A DNA stretch of 64,000 bases, taken from NCBI GenBank assembly GCA_009778955.1, contig WRFD01000001.1, positions 2,105 through 66,104 of the forward strand, in the 5' to 3' direction. The position numbers and the translations under genes were made by a program. Below, piece after piece: positions 1 through 8,372 of this stretch (the first letter of the stretch is position 1; every line of letters begins with the position of its first letter). The DNA is from Desulfobulbus sp. (lineage in GTDB: Bacteria > Desulfobacterota > Desulfobulbia > Desulfobulbales > Desulfobulbaceae). The notes below the pieces were generated by a model. The model ran no database searches. It was not told the DNA's origin and saw nothing but the letters and a program-made list of their open reading frames with translations.

Positions 1-185
1 TCAACAGCGCACAGTTGGGCCAGTTCATAAAAAAGAGGACTTTTTGTCAGGTGGATGGACTTGAAGGTAAAGAAGACCATTACCTTTTTGCCGGCGCGCA
101 CCGCAGCTTTGGCAATACCCAAGATGTGGCGCATGTGTTGAGGAGATGTGACGAAAATTCCTAATTTGTTTGGATCGGCAGCCAT
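1..185 (-). CDS. DsrE/DsrF-like sulfur-relay family protein, N-terminal part (gene runs off the left edge)
   Basis: Open at the window edge, so absent from the ORF track. Reverse-strand ATG at 185 is preceded by AGGAGG. Translation begins MAADPNKLGIFVTSPQHMRHILGIAKAAVRAGKKVMVFFTFKSIHL, a DsrE/TusD-like start. It lies 41 nt downstream of the tusA-like gene on the same strand. Confidence 0.5.
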   Translation of the reverse strand, partial: MAADPNKLGIFVTSPQHMRHILGIAKAAVRAGKKVMVFFTFKSIHLTKSPLFYELAQLCAV

Positions 186-226
186 TGGCTTTTTCCTCCT
201 TCAAAAGGATTGCTGAGATGAGACTA

Positions 227-487
227 TCATCCTTTTTTGATATAAAAGCTCATGTAGCCAGCTTCTTCCTTCTCGCCAAGATACTCGTGACCAGCACGGT
301 CGCACCAGCCCGGGATGTCGTTGCGGGAGCCGGGATCGGTTCCCTGGATGTGGAGAATCTCACCAGATTTGATTTTGCCGATTTCTTTTTTGGTCCGCAG
401 CAGCGGCATGGGGCAGCTCAATCCCCGAGCGTCCAAAACCAAAGCGACCGCCAGACCATCAGGTGCTACTTTTACGTCACTCATCAT
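227..487 (-). CDS. tusA: TusA-family sulfurtransferase (SirA/YedF/YeeD-like)
   Basis: Contains the conserved GLSCPMPLL (CPxP) active-site motif and is about 86 aa. Start moved to the ATG at 487 because AAGGAG lies a few nt upstream. The track ORF 227..517 is the longer alternative. Confidence 0.85.
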   Translation of the reverse strand: MMSDVKVAPDGLAVALVLDARGLSCPMPLLRTKKEIGKIKSGEILHIQGTDPGSRNDIPGWCDRAGHEYLGEKEEAGYMSFYIKKG

Positions 488-675
488 GTTCTCCTTAAAG
501 AAAAGACTTTTGGGCAAGAATAGTTTTTACACAAAAAAAGACGATATAGATAAAAAATAGGCTTGTCAAGGTAGAAACACCGGTGAACGATGCTGTTTCC
601 ATCCAGGGTCAAAAGGGTGAAGGGATTGGAAGAGCGCCGAGATAGAAGCCAGTGCATTCAGTGCGGCCGCATCTG

Positions 676-704
676 TTGACAAATGCGATGAGCAACGGTA
701 TTTT
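676..704 (+). promoter_or_regulatory. Candidate sigma70-type promoter for yeeE
   Basis: TTGACA (676-681), a 17-nt spacer, then TATTTT (699-704), about 95 nt upstream of the yeeE start. Sequence pattern only. Confidence 0.3.
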
Positions 705-796
705 TATCGATTTGATGCAAAGTTAGGTTGGTTTGTTTAAAAGATATTTGTTGGGGAACAGTCATCATTTTGGGAAAAGGAGGCCGTTGAAAAAAA

Positions 797-2065
797 ATGG
801 AAGATCTAAAGGTTTTGTGGCAAAAAATCAAACATTTATACAAAGTACTGTGCCAGGAGGAATGGAATCCGATCATGACCGGTATTCTCGTTGCCCTGCT
901 CAGTATTCTGATTATGGCGTGGTGGCGTCCCTGGGGCGCGGTAGGCGCGGTCCGCAACTGGGGCGACTGGATGTTGTGGCATGCGGGCATCTTTAACGGC
1001 GATTTGGCTGAATTGGTCGGTTTCGTCAACGAGGATGGCGACAAGATCCTGACTAAATCAGTTCTGTTCAACACCGGCTCGGTCATCGGTTTGGGCTTTG
1101 TTGCCGGAGCGTTCATTTCCGCCTGTCTGGGTGGTCAGTTCGCCTTTCGTTTTCCCCCGATCCGGGAATATGTCAAGGCCATCATCGCCGGCATCCTGAT
1201 GGGAATCGGCAGCGCCCTGTCCGGCGGTTGCAATGTCGGCGGCATGTACAACGCCATCGGCAACCTCGCCGCCAACGGTTTTGCCATGTGGGTCGGCTTG
1301 GTGCCCGGCGTTTTGCTCGGTTTATGGCTGCTGTATAAAGAAATGGAGCATGTCAGTTGGGGCGGCGGCGGTTCCTGGACCCTGGAAATCCCGTTTTTCA
1401 TTCAGTGGATTTTTGGTGTTGCCGCCTTGGCCGGTGTCGTGTGGAGCGCCCATTACTATGCCACCTTCAAAGGTGGGGATTTCGTCGCATACATCACCTC
1501 GCTGCCCGGTATCCTGCTGATTGCCGCCGGGCTCGGATACACCATGCAACGCGGCCGCTGGTGCATGATTCAGGGTTTTCGCGAACCACACATGACCGGT
1601 GACTGCAAGATGGCCAAATCGTTGGCGCTTTCGATCTGCATTGTCGCCGTGGGCGCCGTGGTGTTGAAATACAGCGTGGCCACCCGGTTGGGCGGCGATC
1701 CGGCGCTTGACCCGATGAACTATGTCCGCGGCACCTTCGGCTGGGGCGGAGTGGTCGGCGGTTTTATCTTCGGCCTCGGCGCCATGCTGGCTGGCGGCTG
1801 CGGTTCGGGCGCCCTTTGGCGGGTCGGCGAAGGGCAGATCAAGCTTTGGGTGGTCGTGCCCTTTTTCGCCATCAGCAACTCGCTAATGGTGGCCTGGTTT
1901 TCCGCCTACAATTTCGAGGAAAAAGGATATCTGGGCAAGTATGTCTATCTGCCCGATGTCTTGGGATACGGCTACACTATGGCCTTGATCCTCGGATTCT
2001 GCACCATCTGGTACCTGGTGGTTACCTGGAACGAAGACACCAACAAACTGTTGTTGCCGATGTGA
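797..2065 (+). CDS. yeeE: YeeE/YedE family inner-membrane sulfur (thiosulfate) transporter-like protein
   Basis: 422-aa polytopic membrane protein with the family's Cys-containing loops GGCNVGG and GGCGSGALWR. Divergent from the tusA-dsrE pair. AGGAGG lies upstream. Confidence 0.85.
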   Translation: MEDLKVLWQKIKHLYKVLCQEEWNPIMTGILVALLSILIMAWWRPWGAVGAVRNWGDWMLWHAGIFNGDLAELVGFVNEDGDKILTKSVLFNTGSVIGLGFVAGAFISACLGGQFAFRFPPIREYVKAIIAGILMGIGSALSGGCNVGGMYNAIGNLAANGFAMWVGLVPGVLLGLWLLYKEMEHVSWGGGGSWTLEIPFFIQWIFGVAALAGVVWSAHYYATFKGGDFVAYITSLPGILLIAAGLGYTMQRGRWCMIQGFREPHMTGDCKMAKSLALSICIVAVGAVVLKYSVATRLGGDPALDPMNYVRGTFGWGGVVGGFIFGLGAMLAGGCGSGALWRVGEGQIKLWVVVPFFAISNSLMVAWFSAYNFEEKGYLGKYVYLPDVLGYGYTMALILGFCTIWYLVVTWNEDTNKLLLPM

Positions 2066-2086
2066 CTGCAGGTTTGATCGATCCAA

Positions 2087-2118
2087 GGGCGGTATCCGCA
2101 AGATGCCGCCCTTTTTTA
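2087..2118 (+). terminator. Rho-independent terminator after yeeE
   Basis: Stem GGGCGGTATC / GATGCCGCCC (one G-T pair), 5-nt loop, followed by TTTTTT. Confidence 0.7.
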
Positions 2119-2146
2119 TTGCCGTTCCAAGGCGCGGGAGTCGAGC

Positions 2147-2770
2147 ATGGTTGACCTCCTTTCCCATGAACGCGGCCAGATGCGCAAGACGATCGTGGCG
2201 CGCCGCGATCGTCTGTCCCCAGCGGACCGGCTGGCCAAGAGCGAACGGATTGCCGCCTCGCTGCTGACTCACTTGGTGCTGCGTCACAAAAAAATCATCT
2301 TCATCTACTGCCATTTCCGGAGTGAAGTGCAGACCACCCTGGTGATCGATCACTGTCTCAAACAGGGAAAGACCGTCTGTGTTCCCGTGAGTGTGCCGGA
2401 AGGGTCGGACATGGTGGCCGTGACCATCAATGATCCGGCTTGCGATCTTGCACCAGGCTACCAGGGGATTCCCGAGCCTTCATCTTCCCTGGTCCTCACC
2501 CGGATGGTGGAGCCGGCCTTGATTGAGGCGGCTGTGATTCCGGGAACGGTTTTTGATCGCCACGGCCACCGTCTTGGCTATGGCAAGGGTTTCTATGATC
2601 GGTTCCTGGTCCGTGCTCCCCGGGCAGCCCGGATCGGCCTCGCTTTTTCCTGCCAGATGGTGGACCGCCTGCCGGCTCTAGCACATGACATCCCCATGGA
2701 CATGATTGCCACAGAGGAGGAAGTGATACTGTGTCCTGGGGGGCTCAACGAGCAGGACCCGGGCCGGTAA
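2147..2770 (+). CDS. 5-formyltetrahydrofolate cyclo-ligase
   Basis: The motif GYGKGFYDRFL and the N-terminal pattern R..R..L are typical of MTHFS. GGGAG lies upstream of the ATG at 2147. An alternative start is at 2180. Confidence 0.8.
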   Translation: MVDLLSHERGQMRKTIVARRDRLSPADRLAKSERIAASLLTHLVLRHKKIIFIYCHFRSEVQTTLVIDHCLKQGKTVCVPVSVPEGSDMVAVTINDPACDLAPGYQGIPEPSSSLVLTRMVEPALIEAAVIPGTVFDRHGHRLGYGKGFYDRFLVRAPRAARIGLAFSCQMVDRLPALAHDIPMDMIATEEEVILCPGGLNEQDPGR

Positions 2771-3000
2771 CCCCTATTTTTTCGCAGCCAGATCGGCAGC
2801 TATCAAGGCGAAAAGCCATGGTTCTCCTTTTATCTCCGGCTGCCTTTATGGATATCGAAGAATTTTCTGTTGATTTATTGATTCCAAAGAGTTGAAAAAA
2901 TACATTTTTTGCGGCATTCATATGCTCTGTGAAATTATAAGAAGCTCATGTCAGAAAAAAGAGCCGGTTTGAGATCGTTAACAACCACAAATTCGGGGAT

Positions 3001-4056
3001 ATGGGGTCTAAAATTCTCGTTGCGGATGATGACACCCTGGTTCGAACGACGATCCGGAAGATCCTCCACATGTTCCACCACGATGTAGTAGAGGTCGAAT
3101 CGGGCCGCCAGGTGTTGGAACAGGTGTCGGACGAGTTCGACGTTATTGTGCTCGATATCAACATGCCGGGCATGGACGGTTTTGAGACCTTGGAGCGATT
3201 GAATCAGCAGCAGGTCGATATTCCTGTGCTTTTTCTGACCGGCGCCAGTTCCATGGAGTATGCGATCAAGGCCATACACCTTGGCGCCTACGATTTCCTC
3301 ACCAAACCCATTGTCGATATCGAGCTTTTTCACATCAAGGTGAAGCAAGCTGTGGAAAAACGCCAATTTCTTCTCCAGGAAAAGGCCTATAAGCGACAGT
3401 TGGAAATCGAGGTTCAGGCCAAGACCCACGAACTAGCCGAAAAGACTCTCCTGTTGGAGCAACACAGCAGCCACCTGGAAAATGCGACCGTGCAGATCAT
3501 GACCAGCCTGCAGATCGCCATGGAGGAAAAGGACGAATACACCGCCGGCCACACCCACAGGGTAACGAAACTGGCCCTGTTGCTTGGCCAGGAGGCCTGC
3601 CTGAGCAACGAAGATATCATGGTGTTGCGCCGGGCTTCCCAATTCCACGACATCGGCAAACTGGTGATCGACCTTTCCTGCATCCAGAAGGCCGGGGCGT
3701 TGACCCCGATGGAATGGGAACTGATCAAGAAACATCCGGGCATCGGGGCGAGCATCATCGAGCCCCTGACCTTCATGGATCGGGAACGGGAAATCATCCG
3801 CCATCACCATGAAAAAATCGACGGTTCCGGCTACCCGGATGGCATCGGCGGCAGCGAGCTGGACCCTCTCACCCGCATCATCACCATCGCCGATAGTTAC
3901 GACGCCATGACCTCGCGCCGCAATTATCGTAACAATCTCACCCCGGTCGAGGCGGTGGGCGAGCTGCGCCGCTGTGCCGCCACTCAATTCGACGTTGAAC
4001 TGGTTGAAGTTTTTGCGAGGGTTGTTCTTTCCACCTATTCGCTGTATAAACAGTAG
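3001..4056 (+). CDS. Response regulator with receiver domain and HD-GYP phosphodiesterase domain (RpfG-like)
   Basis: N-terminal REC domain (ILVADDD..., DINMPGMDG, K at LTKP). C-terminal HDIGK ... HHEKIDGSGYPDG motifs. Confidence 0.9.
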   Translation: MGSKILVADDDTLVRTTIRKILHMFHHDVVEVESGRQVLEQVSDEFDVIVLDINMPGMDGFETLERLNQQQVDIPVLFLTGASSMEYAIKAIHLGAYDFLTKPIVDIELFHIKVKQAVEKRQFLLQEKAYKRQLEIEVQAKTHELAEKTLLLEQHSSHLENATVQIMTSLQIAMEEKDEYTAGHTHRVTKLALLLGQEACLSNEDIMVLRRASQFHDIGKLVIDLSCIQKAGALTPMEWELIKKHPGIGASIIEPLTFMDREREIIRHHHEKIDGSGYPDGIGGSELDPLTRIITIADSYDAMTSRRNYRNNLTPVEAVGELRRCAATQFDVELVEVFARVVLSTYSLYKQ

Positions 4057-4110
4057 CCGTTCATCTGCGGATCAACCCAACTGTTCAACCCCCTTCCCCA
4101 GCACCGACCC

Positions 4111-4398
4111 ATGAAGATAACCAGAGAAGAAGTCCGACATGTGGCCCAACTGGCACGCCTTGACTTGAGCGTCGCCGAAGTGGACCGGATGACCGGACAG
4201 CTCAACGCCATCCTCACCTACATGTCCAAGCTCGACCAACTGGACACCACCGGCGTGGCGGTCACCACCCACACCCAGCAGGTGGTCAACGCCTTCCGCG
4301 ACGACGAGGTTCGTCCCTCCCTGCTCCGGCAACAGGTCCTGAACGGAGCCCCTGAGCAGAACGGCGAATCCTTTGTGGTTCCACGGGTCATTGGCTGA
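4111..4398 (+). CDS. gatC: Asp/Glu-tRNA amidotransferase subunit C
   Basis: 95 aa beginning MKITREEVRHVAQLARLDL, immediately upstream of gatA. Confidence 0.9.
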   Translation: MKITREEVRHVAQLARLDLSVAEVDRMTGQLNAILTYMSKLDQLDTTGVAVTTHTQQVVNAFRDDEVRPSLLRQQVLNGAPEQNGESFVVPRVIG

Positions 4399-4437
4399 TC
4401 CGATACCCTCTTGCACCCCTACGAATAAAAAAATTCC

Positions 4438-5898
4438 ATGGAATACTTTTCGTCAACCGTCCATGAAGCGCTCCGGATGCTCGAAGCCGGCGAGGTCAGT
4501 TCAGTGGCCCTCACCGAATCGGTGCTCAATCGGATCGACGCGGTCGAACCCACGGTGCGCGCCTACCTGACCCTAGACCGTGAAGGAGCGCTGCGCCAGG
4601 CGGAACAGGCCGACATCGCGCGAAAAAAAGGCCAGGCCGGGCCGCTGTGCGGCATCCCTGTGGCTGTCAAAGATGCGCTCTGCACCACCACTATGCCCAC
4701 CACCTGCGGTTCCCGCATGCTTGAGCATTTTGTCGCCCCCTATGAGGCCACGGTGATGACCAAACTGGCCCAGGCTGGATCGGTTTTGCTCGGCAAGCTG
4801 GCCATGGATGAATTCGCCATGGGATCCACCGGCGAGAACTGCGCCTTCAAGGTGCCGACCAACCCTTGGAAGCCGGGCTATGTGGCTGGCGGTTCCAGTG
4901 GCGGTGCAGCTGCGGCCGTGGCTGCCGACCAATGTATGGCCTCGCTGGGCTCCGACACCGGCGGCTCGGTTCGCCAACCAGCCTCGCTCTGCGGCACGGT
5001 GGGGATGAAGCCCACCTATGGCCGGGTCTCGCGTAACGGCCTGGTGCCCCTTGCCTCGTCACTCGACCAGATCGGCCCGCTGACCAAGGATGTGCGCGAC
5101 TGCGCTCTGATAATGAATACCATCTGCGGTTACGATCCACAGGATTCAACCTCAATCGATAAGCCGGTTCCCGACTTTCGCACCTCCCTGCAAGATGGTC
5201 TCAAGGGGATAAAAATAGGCATTCCCAGGGAATATTTTGGCCAGGGGCTCGACCCCGAGGTGGACCAGGCGGTTCGCCAGGGCATGGCCATGCTGGAGGA
5301 GGCCGGCGCGGAGTTGGTCGAGGTGAGCCTGCCGCACACCGACTACTGCGTGGCCGTCTACTATCTGATCTCCCCGGCCGAGGCCAGCTCCAACCTGGCG
5401 CGCTTTGACGGGGTTCGGTACGGTTTTCGCGACCGCTCGACCGATTCCCTGATCGAGATGTATAACCAAACCCGTTCCCACGGCTTCGGCGAGGAAGTCA
5501 AGCGGCGCATTCTGATCGGCACCTACGCGCTTTCTGCCGGGTATTACGATGCCTTCTACAAGAAAGCCTCGCAGGTGCGCACTCTGATCAAGGAAGATTT
5601 GAGCCGGGCCTTTGCCCTCTGCGATGTGCTGGCCTCGCCGGTGACTCCCACCCCGGCCTGGAAGATCGGCGACCGGTCCGACGATCTCGTGGCGTTATAC
5701 CTTTCGGATATTCTTACTCTTTCAGCCAATCTTGCTGGTATTCCCGGCATGTCGACGCCCTGCGGGTTCAGCCTGGACGGGCTGCCGATCGGCATGCAGC
5801 TCCAGGCCGCCCATTTCAACGAGGCTGTTTTGTTGCGCGCGGCCCACAACCTTGAACAACGTGCCGGCGTTGTCGGAAAAAAACCGGCGCTCGTCTAA
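4438..5898 (+). CDS. gatA: Asp/Glu-tRNA amidotransferase subunit A
   Basis: 486 aa with the amidase signature GGSSGGAAAAVA and SDTGGSVRQPAS. Confidence 0.95.
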   Translation: MEYFSSTVHEALRMLEAGEVSSVALTESVLNRIDAVEPTVRAYLTLDREGALRQAEQADIARKKGQAGPLCGIPVAVKDALCTTTMPTTCGSRMLEHFVAPYEATVMTKLAQAGSVLLGKLAMDEFAMGSTGENCAFKVPTNPWKPGYVAGGSSGGAAAAVAADQCMASLGSDTGGSVRQPASLCGTVGMKPTYGRVSRNGLVPLASSLDQIGPLTKDVRDCALIMNTICGYDPQDSTSIDKPVPDFRTSLQDGLKGIKIGIPREYFGQGLDPEVDQAVRQGMAMLEEAGAELVEVSLPHTDYCVAVYYLISPAEASSNLARFDGVRYGFRDRSTDSLIEMYNQTRSHGFGEEVKRRILIGTYALSAGYYDAFYKKASQVRTLIKEDLSRAFALCDVLASPVTPTPAWKIGDRSDDLVALYLSDILTLSANLAGIPGMSTPCGFSLDGLPIGMQLQAAHFNEAVLLRAAHNLEQRAGVVGKKPALV

Positions 5899-5900
5899 CC

Positions 5901-7019
5901 ATGCAGCTTCCCGTGCCCCAACATATTGCCGCCATTGTCCCATACCCGCCCGGCAAACCCATGGATGAACTGGAACGAGAGTATGGCATCACCAACGCCA
6001 TCAAGCTGGCCTCCAACGAGAACCCTTTCGGGCCGTCGCCCAAGGCGGTTGTCGCCATCGGCGACATGCTGCACAACCTGCACCGCTACCCGGACGGATC
6101 AAGTTACTCCCTGACCAAGGCTGTGGCCCGCTGGATAGGCGTGGCGCCGGAAGAAATCGTGCTCGGCAACGGTTCCAACGAGGTGATCGAGTTTCTGGTC
6201 AAGGCCTTTGTCGGCGCCGGCGATGCGGTAATCACCAGCCATCCGTCTTTTTTGATGTACCAGAAGTTTGTCCAGATGCGCGGCGGCGACAATGTGGTCA
6301 TCCCCTTGAAGGAAATGGACCATGACCTGGAGGCAATCAACCGGGCGATCAGCGATCGTACCCGGCTGATTTTTCTCGATAACCCCAATAATCCCACTGG
6401 AACCTTGATTGGCCGGGAGCGGTTTGCCCGTTTTCTTGCGGACCTGCCCGAGTCGGTGATCCTGGTGATCGACGAGGCCTATGTCGATTTTGTCGATCCT
6501 GACCAGCGCATCGATATCTTGAGTTCCATCCGCAACCCGGACAAGATTCCCGCAGTGGTCAGTCTCCGCACCTTTTCCAAGGTCTTCGGTTTGGCCGGCC
6601 TGCGGGTCGGGTTCGGGGTGATGCATCGGGAGGTGGCCGCCCTGCTCCATCGGGTGAGACAGCCGTTCAACATCAATCTCCCGGCCCAGGCAGGCGCGCT
6701 GGCCGCCTTGGACGACCTGGAACATTACGAGTCGACCCTGCGCAAAACCGCCGAGGGCAGAGCCTGGCTGGGCAAGGCCGTGAGTGAATTGGGATGCCGT
6801 CCGTATCCGTCGTATACCAACTTTTTCCTGATTGATGTCGGCGGCGACGCCACCCGCCTGTACGAGGCGATGCTGTACAAAGGGGTGATCGTGCGGTCGA
6901 TGAAGGCCTACGGTTATCCGGAATTCATCCGGATTACAGTGGGCACGGCCGCGGAAAACCAGCGGTTCGTGACCGCTTTGGGTGAATGTCGGCGAGAGTT
7001 GGGCTATGGTCGCGATTAA
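5901..7019 (+). CDS. hisC: Histidinol-phosphate aminotransferase
   Basis: Contains LASNENPFGPSP and a class-II aminotransferase layout with the PLP lysine context (RTFSKVFGLAGLRVG). Confidence 0.9.
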   Translation: MQLPVPQHIAAIVPYPPGKPMDELEREYGITNAIKLASNENPFGPSPKAVVAIGDMLHNLHRYPDGSSYSLTKAVARWIGVAPEEIVLGNGSNEVIEFLVKAFVGAGDAVITSHPSFLMYQKFVQMRGGDNVVIPLKEMDHDLEAINRAISDRTRLIFLDNPNNPTGTLIGRERFARFLADLPESVILVIDEAYVDFVDPDQRIDILSSIRNPDKIPAVVSLRTFSKVFGLAGLRVGFGVMHREVAALLHRVRQPFNINLPAQAGALAALDDLEHYESTLRKTAEGRAWLGKAVSELGCRPYPSYTNFFLIDVGGDATRLYEAMLYKGVIVRSMKAYGYPEFIRITVGTAAENQRFVTALGECRRELGYGRD

Positions 7020-7707
7020 ACAGCGGATTGTCACTATCGACGGTCCGTCCGGGGGCGGCAAGTCCACCGTGTCGCGGGCCCTGGCCGTCAAGCTGCGTTT
7101 CACATATCTCGACACCGGGGCGATGTACCGGGCCGTGGCCTTTCAGTGCCGGCAGCAAGGGGTCGATCCGGCCGACGATCACCGACTTGAGACTTTGCTT
7201 TCGACTTTCCGCATGGAACTGCTGCCGCCTGATCCGGGCGAGGACGATGTCCGTGTGCTGATCGACGGCCAGGAGATGGGCAGCCAGCTTCGCACCCCGG
7301 AGATGGGGATGTTGGCCTCCCAGGTGTCTGCTCTGCCCCAGGTTCGGCAGACCCTGACCCGCCTGCAACGGGAGATCGGCGCAGGCGGGCGTATTGTGGC
7401 CGAAGGCCGCGATACCGGGACCGTGGTCTTTCCTGGGGCCGTCTGGAAATTTTTTCTCGACGCCAGCCCCGAGGTGCGGGCCCGGCGTCGGGCCGCCCAG
7501 TTGCGGAACAAGGGCGAGCTGGTGGACGAGCGGCAACTGCTTGCCCAGATCATCCAGCGAGACCGGGATGATCGGGAACGCCCCATAGCCCCGCTCATGG
7601 CTGCTCTCGACGCCCTGACCATCGATTCCACCGGCCTGTCGGTAGATGAGGTAGTGCGGCAAATGTACGACAGGGTTCTTGCCGTCTCCTGCTGTGGAGA
7701 GAAATGA
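7006..7707 (+). CDS. cmk: Cytidylate kinase
   Basis: P-loop IDGPSGGGKST followed by LDTGAMYRAV. The start at 7006 (MVAIKQR) overlaps the hisC stop. Confidence 0.9.
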   Translation: MVAIKQRIVTIDGPSGGGKSTVSRALAVKLRFTYLDTGAMYRAVAFQCRQQGVDPADDHRLETLLSTFRMELLPPDPGEDDVRVLIDGQEMGSQLRTPEMGMLASQVSALPQVRQTLTRLQREIGAGGRIVAEGRDTGTVVFPGAVWKFFLDASPEVRARRRAAQLRNKGELVDERQLLAQIIQRDRDDRERPIAPLMAALDALTIDSTGLSVDEVVRQMYDRVLAVSCCGEK

Positions 7708-8057
7708 CCATCGCCCGGCATTCAGGGAAGGAGACGGGATTGTTCAACGGAGAGTGCAGCATCGCCACCTTGATGCGCCCTGCGGCCAAACAATACGCCT
7801 GAACGTAGCGGCCTCATTCCCCAAACATGGAGGGAGCGCAACCTGTCGACCAACCCAAGAGTTTTCCTTCCGCGCCGCCAGATTGCTCCCTCAAAAAGAC
7901 CACTGGTGGCCGGTAAGCTGCACCGACCTTGTTTCACACGCAGCCGAGGCGAAAGTTTGGTGGGCGCTGAATTTCACTAGAGACGGATACTGGCTGCTTA
8001 GCCTTTATCTATCCCAAAAGGGCCATTGAATTTTCGCAGTTGTTTGCCCGCATCCCT

Positions 8058-8339
8058 CTACCCCCAAACCCGAAAACGAGTCAAATCCATCGGTCTGCAG
8101 CTGATGTTTTTAGGTCGAAGGCAGCGAGTGCGCTTGGATGGGGTTCCAAGAAGAGAACCTCCGGATGTGGTTTCCGATACCCATTGATAATGCCCCTGTC
8201 GATGAGGTTTAAGCCAAGGCGATCCGCCGTGCAACCAGCGGATGTTCAGCCGGATGTTTTCTTTCTCTGTGATCAGAGCCACTGTCAGGCCAATGCGTGT
8301 CTTTTCACGCACCCAAGCAAGATGGTGAGGAGCAGACAA
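8058..8339 (-). pseudogene. Possible ghost of a tyrosine recombinase/integrase (very weak)
   Basis: The reverse-frame peptide ...LTVALITEKENIRLNIRWLHGG...VSETTSGGSLLGTP resembles the integrase core pattern (ALxTGxRxxEllxLrW ... KTKsgksRxvPL) by eye only. It has no intact ORF context. Confidence 0.2.
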
Positions 8340-8372
8340 TTCATTCCGATGGTATTTTCCCGAGGGATCTCG

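Noticed and set aside
8040-8372. 111-codon N-terminal extension of the sensor kinase ORF (track start 8040).
   Set aside because: The extension has no signal or TM character or family resemblance, and it overlaps a reverse-frame ghost. The ATG at 8373 gives a proper signal/lipobox N-terminus.
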